A stretch of 64,000 nt of DNA from Heterodontus francisci (lineage: Eukaryota): contig NC_090380.1 in the NCBI RefSeq assembly GCF_036365525.1, forward strand, positions 51,307,331 through 51,371,330, read 5' to 3'. The position numbers were made by a program, and so were the translations under genes. Under the pieces are notes generated by a model. It was given only the letters and a program-made list of their open reading frames with translations. It did no database searches and was not told the DNA's origin. Below are positions 58,537 through 64,000 of the stretch, in pieces. The stretch's first letter is position 1. Each line of letters begins with the position of its first letter.

Positions 58537-61397
58537 TTATTACTCTAGATTTACATGCCACTTGCAGTACTTAGGCAGTGTTGTCCTTCAGATGTGTTTC
58601 TAAAACAAGGCCTATGGTGTCACTTCAAGACATTAAAGAAAAGAAAGTAAAAAACTTTTCTTTGTTGGGTTACATGGAGCAGGAGTCTTCTTCCGGGCCT
58701 CATAAGGAAGGTCTGAACCTCAACCCTTCCCACCTGCCCTGACCTTCACCAGCTGGCAGCTAGCCAGCTACATCTTTACGTCCATATCCAGTGGGCAGAT
58801 GGTGGTGGGATGTTAATGAGGCTCAGATGTTAAAACCGTAGTGGCTTCCCACAGAGACTCCTGGACAGGAAATTCAGTGACACCCCTGTCTTTTCCCCAG
58901 GGCCTAAAATACACATTAATATGTATGTTCTAATGTAACTCACTTGTGAATATCGTACCAAGGAGCTATATGACTGTAACTTAAGTGTTTCAGGTCACCT
59001 TAAACAAGACTTATGTGGCTGTATCACAGTTGCAATAAAATTATTAAGTGACTGAATCAACATGAACAATAATCTGACATTTTTCTATTTACTGTCTTTT
59101 TTGTATATTTCTGCAATGTTTTGCTCCATACTCTTCATCCAGATGGGGATTAACTATAAAATAGTGTTATCAGTAAAAGGAATATCACTTTAGGCCACAT
59201 TCAGGTGGAAAACAAAGCGTACTCATGCACACTTCATCAATAGAACCTTTGTGTAAGAATTGCAATAAGATTATTAGTTTTGAGTACACCATACTGCTTC
59301 CTCACTGACATTCTAAAATTGTTCTGAACTTTTTTTAGCCATATCCTTTTGGACAATGCATGCTTTACAACATAATGAATATTCAGTAGTGCTTATGTAC
59401 AGAGGTCAATTAAACTTTTCACTAATTGCAACTATAATTATACAACTGCAACAATGGTTTAAATTAGAAACATTATTATAGAAAGAGCAGAATAGGCTAA
59501 ATGCTAGACCTTTTTTGTTGAGGAATATAATTTATTTGTCTTTGCACTGAACAGTTTAGCACCTTGTCCATGCATATACATCACACAGTCGTGCATGATC
59601 ACATTTTACATCTGTGTTTTGTTTGTATTTTTATATAGGATTTATCCTAATGCTGATGAGAATTAACCTATTTTGAGGCACTCACATTTTAAGTAGAAGT
59701 AATAACAATAATTTTCGATCAATTTCATGTGCTTTAAAGAGAGGAAATGATTATAGAAATCTTGCATTGTTAGGCAAGTAACAAGTGATTAAAAGATGAG
59801 AAGTATTCAGAGTTATTCACGTTCTAATATATTTCAGTGCGATACAGCCACTCATTTTGAGGCTGGGTATGAAAGGCTCAGAACATTCATATAAAATATT
59901 CAGATTACTTGAGGCTCACTGAGCAGAACAGAAATATTACTTGTCCTGAAATAAACTGAATCTGACAAAAATTACATAAATTGAATGCAAATTAGTTTAA
60001 AAAAAAGCTTGATGTTTTGGAATTTCATGGTAATTCATAGGTTTTTATATAAATTCACACAAAAATGAATTTCAACGTAATTCAACATTGCAGATGAGTC
60101 TGCAAGCCATTTATCTACCCCCTACTGGGAAGAAAGTGTGTCCAGATAAAGATCTAGCTTTTTCTTCAACATACACCCCTTTTTGGGGCTGATTTTGGAC
60201 ATGAATTGGAGTAAAATGGCCCTTAGAGGCCATTGCTTCAAATCAAAGTGATTGGATATGCTACAGTTCAAGAATATGAATGCCCATGATCACTGTATGA
60301 TCTGAAGTGATGAGTATTTTCATTAAAATACTTAACAAGTCACCTATTTTACTTGGGATATATATGGACTCGGACATTGGCATCTGTTACATAATAAACC
60401 AGACAGGTTAGCCTTAATTTGATTACACAAATTAACTTCAATAAAACTGGATAGTCACCACATTAATTCAAAATAAAGTATTTGATCTCTGTCAAATGTT
60501 AAGAGCCACTGTTATAAAATGTGATATTAAGAGCTTTCCTTTATTAGAATAACAAATTTTTCTAGCATTAATTTTCTCCTGTGGATTATTTTGGTGATTG
60601 TGAATATACCTACATTATCAAAAATTTCCATCTCTGTTCTGCACATAGTTACTGCACTGTTCATTGCTGGCTTTTAATGTGTCAATATTGCATTTACTGA
60701 TAGCTGGTCACAACAAAATATACATTCAGTGTTTCCATAACTATTATTTTCTTCCTGTCCATAAATTTGATCATTTGCAATCCTACTTGTGACAATTTAT
60801 TATTTAGGAGTAATGACAGTTTTAATAGGATTTGCTGGCACAGCAAGACAACTCCTTCATCAGTTTGTAATATACTATACAGTACAGTTTGGTCCATTTC
60901 AATAAGGCTAGATATGCAGAACGACAGAGTACTATTGTCACATCTCCATAGAGCTCAACACCGAGGCATTGGGGATGATTTTAAACAGGTGTTTGTGGAT
61001 CAACCACCTTATGAAAGGAAAATTGGGTAGGATATATAACAGGCAGCCAATCCTCAACAACCAGTTTATCATCCGCACTGAAAATGAGAACTACCCCATT
61101 GTCTTTAGGCTTCCCTGATCATGATCTTTAGGCTTGAAACCAATGGTAAAATAATGAAACAATCACATTTGACGTGGTGAGTTCTAAGTCCCCAAACTCT
61201 GGAGCCCTCCTGGTGGAGACAGCAAATGTGGTGAACAGTTACTGTGAAACTTGAGGTGCGTTCTGTAGGATTATATTTTAAGAATTTTGTTATAGCTTGG
61301 AGAACTAAACAAAAGTGGCTGGGCTAATTCTAACTCCCAAGAGGCTGCCAAGAGAGACATTGTGATCCTAAAATGCAGAGTGACAATCTAACACCAT

Positions 61398-64000
61398 GGG
61401 CCGGATTTTCAAACCCCACTGAGAGCGGAAGTGGCTGCGAGCGTGATTTGAATATTGCATTCTCGGAGATCAGCGTTGGGTCCCGCCGCCTCCGGAAAGC
61501 GATGCAATTTGCAAAGTGCTGCTGGCACGGAGGGATTGGGTCAGGCACTCATCTCCAATTAACTGCCTGTTGAGCTCATTAAAGAGCTCATTAACAGTCT
61601 TATGCAGGGAGCAATTTTTAAAGGCTGGTAATGGGGAAAACACCGTGAAGGGAACAGAGGAGGGTTGTGAAGACGTGAGCAGTATGGAGGGCCAGCAGGA
61701 CTATGGGAAGGGCCAATTAAATTAATTCAGAGGCAGAAAATAAAGCTTATCTGCTTCAGATGAGTCTCAGTGTGGCTATTGCTACAGCTGGAAGAGTTTA
61801 ATGTCACAGTAGAGAGTGGCAGGAAATCGGATAGGGAAGTGAGCCCGCTGACATCACTGTGGCAGCTGGCGTTGGCACAGGAAGGCCTGGTGAGCATGCA
61901 AGGCCCAGCTGATGGAGGTCAGATGGGATCAGGCTACTCAGATATTGGAGAGAGCACCCAGGATGAAGAAAGGGAATTTTATGCTCTCCCCCGCTTTGGG
62001 GTTGGAGACAGGGAGAGCGTAATATCAGGTGGGATGGTGGCAGGGGGTTTCCTGCCACTATCCTGCCTCTGCCAAAATTTAGTCCAGGGCAGGAAGGCCT
62101 GTGAATGGCCTTCCCACCCCGCCGCCAATTGAATCCCTTAACTGGGCAATTAACCCCAATTAAGGGCCTTTTCCCACTGCAGCCACAATTAGCCGTGTGG
62201 TAGGTGGCCCTGTCAGAAAATGGTGTGGGCTGCTTCCCGACTCTGGGACGGGGGTGGGGGGGACGGTTACCTTGTGTCGTGATTGTACGTGTAGGCGTGA
62301 GTATTAGAGAATATATGCCACTTGGAAGGGAAACTTAAAGTAGCTTTGTGCTTTGGGGAAAACACCTGACCTGGGGGTTGTTGTAAAGTCAAATAGACTT
62401 TGTAGCCACAGTGAGCTGAAACAGTGAAAGAACAGGAGGCCAAAGGAGCACTGTTGGTGGCTGCTGGGGGATAAGGATTACCCCCTCAGGAAGTGCCGCC
62501 TGATCCCCCTTTGAGAGCCAGAGACGGATGGAGAGAGGTCCTGTGACATGAGTTATCTCCTAACATTGACCCTCATAGAGCAGATCATTGACCTCTTGAA
62601 GAGACGCGTCCATTGCCTTGACCGGTCACGTGGTGCACTCAGGTAGGAGCCAGCCAGAGTGCCTCATGACAATGCAAAGAGGCCTGGAGATGGATGAGGA
62701 GGAGGAGCAGGAATGCCACTCGAACTTGGAGGAGGACCTGGAGGAGGAAGAAGAGGAGGAACAGGAGGGAGAATTGCTGGTTGGAACAGCAGCAAGAGCA
62801 ATGCTGTTTCAGCCATGCTTCACCTGTTCTCCACCCAATCCTTGCAGCTGAGAAGCCCACTACACATCCTCTAACATACAGAATTATTGCACCACTTAGA
62901 TCCTAGACTGCGAGATTCCATTGGCAGCCATGAACATACATGTGGAGCTCTACTCCATTCACATATGTCCAACACTGAAGAGCTTGGGGAAATAGCAGTC
63001 TCAGATCTCCACACCGCCCTCCCCCCAACCAGTGCCAAAATGCGGCATCCCCCTTTCCAGAGGATACATCAACAATGCTCATGTCTAGTGATGACAAGAG
63101 ATTTGCATGATGAGGCATTAGAAAATAAAAATAGAAATGTGTCTGTCCTCCAAGGGGGACTACCCACAGCTGATTCTGCCACACCCTCCTCCTCAAGGTG
63201 TGCTTCAGCCAGTGTTCCCCTTTCCATGCTGATCTGTGGCCCAACCAAGGTGAGTGTGTCTGCACTGGTGGAGGATGCCGAGGTCTGATGTGACAGTGCA
63301 GTTTCCATGGATTCATCCCCAGCCATTGATATCAGTCCCAAAACAGGGAATTACCTTGGAATCCTCTCTGCCACTAATCCAGAAGACAAGGGTAATGAGA
63401 AGTGGTTCTAATCAATGTGTCCCATCACATCCAATCCCTTATATGATTGCAGTCCTAGATCCAGAGTTCACATTTTTTAAAATTCATTCATGGGATGTGA
63501 GCATCACAGGCTAGGCCATGAACTGAATGCTTGCTAGGCCACTTAAGATTCAACCAAATCACTGTGGGGTCCGGAGTCACATGTAGGCCAGGTAAGGATG
63601 GCAGATTTCCTTCCCTAAGGGACATTAGTGAACCAGATGGGTTTTTACAACAATCGTTCCATGGTCACCATTAGACTAGCTTTTTTTTTGTTAAATTCCA
63701 GATTTATTAATTGAATTCAAATTTCACCATTTGCTGCAGTGGGATTCAAACCCATGTTCCCAGGGCACTAGACTCGGCCTCTGCATTGCTAGTCCAGTGA
63801 TATTACCACTACACTACTGCCATCCCTTTGGGCAGGAGTGTTCTCCATGCTCTTCACCTCAAGAAAGAGCTATCCAATGACCCTGCAGCTCATGGCCTCC
63901 CGTCTCGCCATCCCTCACTGAATGCTAGGATGGCACCCTGGCGATCTCCAGCAATACCTGTTGAGCTGGGCCACTCCACCTCCCGTTCTGGCTATCTCCC
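61398..64000. mobile_element. Degenerate Harbinger sequences (transposase remnant + at 62460-62820, Myb-gene tail -)
   Basis: TIR-like GGGCCGGATTTT at 61398. GDKDYPL..IEQIIDLLKRRVHCLDRSRGAL followed by an acidic tail. Confidence 0.6.
63473..63826 (-). mobile_element. Second head+tail SINE copy of the tRNA-headed LINE family
   Basis: Tail ttcattcatgggatgtg at 63482 joined to a body and head matching 53950-54255. Confidence 0.8.

Noticed and set aside
60694-61030. Short ORFs in the AT-rich island as host exons
   Set aside because: No convincing splice sites or recognisable domain, and the length is within chance expectation.
62618-62906. Glu-rich or Arg-rich ORFs as a host protein
   Set aside because: This is the acidic low-complexity tail that follows Harbinger transposase remnants (also at ~18390-18435).

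Overview
Eukaryotic, repeat-saturated genomic DNA, very probably from a cartilaginous fish. The basis is HE1/V-SINE-like and SacSINE1/Deu-SINE-like SINEs plus abundant CR1 LINEs. No intact host gene was recognised, and nearly all ORFs in the track are transposon fragments or their antisense shadows. Main contents: (1) a Gmr1-type Gypsy LTR element (975-8899) with integrase upstream of a largely deleted RT; (2) a GalEa-like Copia element broken by nested insertions over about 23.5 kb (32578-56053); (3) several solo LTRs with target-site duplications (TSDs); (4) many CR1 LINE fragments; (5) two RTE LINEs; (6) Penelope-like elements whose termini carry hammerhead-ribozyme motifs of two different families; (7) many PIF/Harbinger remnants (transposase plus spliced Myb/SANT gene) and MITEs, and a hAT MITE. 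The most unusual item is an ORF1-less APE-RT LINE whose 5' end is a tRNA-like Pol III head, with matching head+tail short derivatives in the same window. Two isolated exon-like segments could belong to host transcripts but are unconfirmed. All calls come from reading and hand alignment only. Boundaries without a TSD are approximate.
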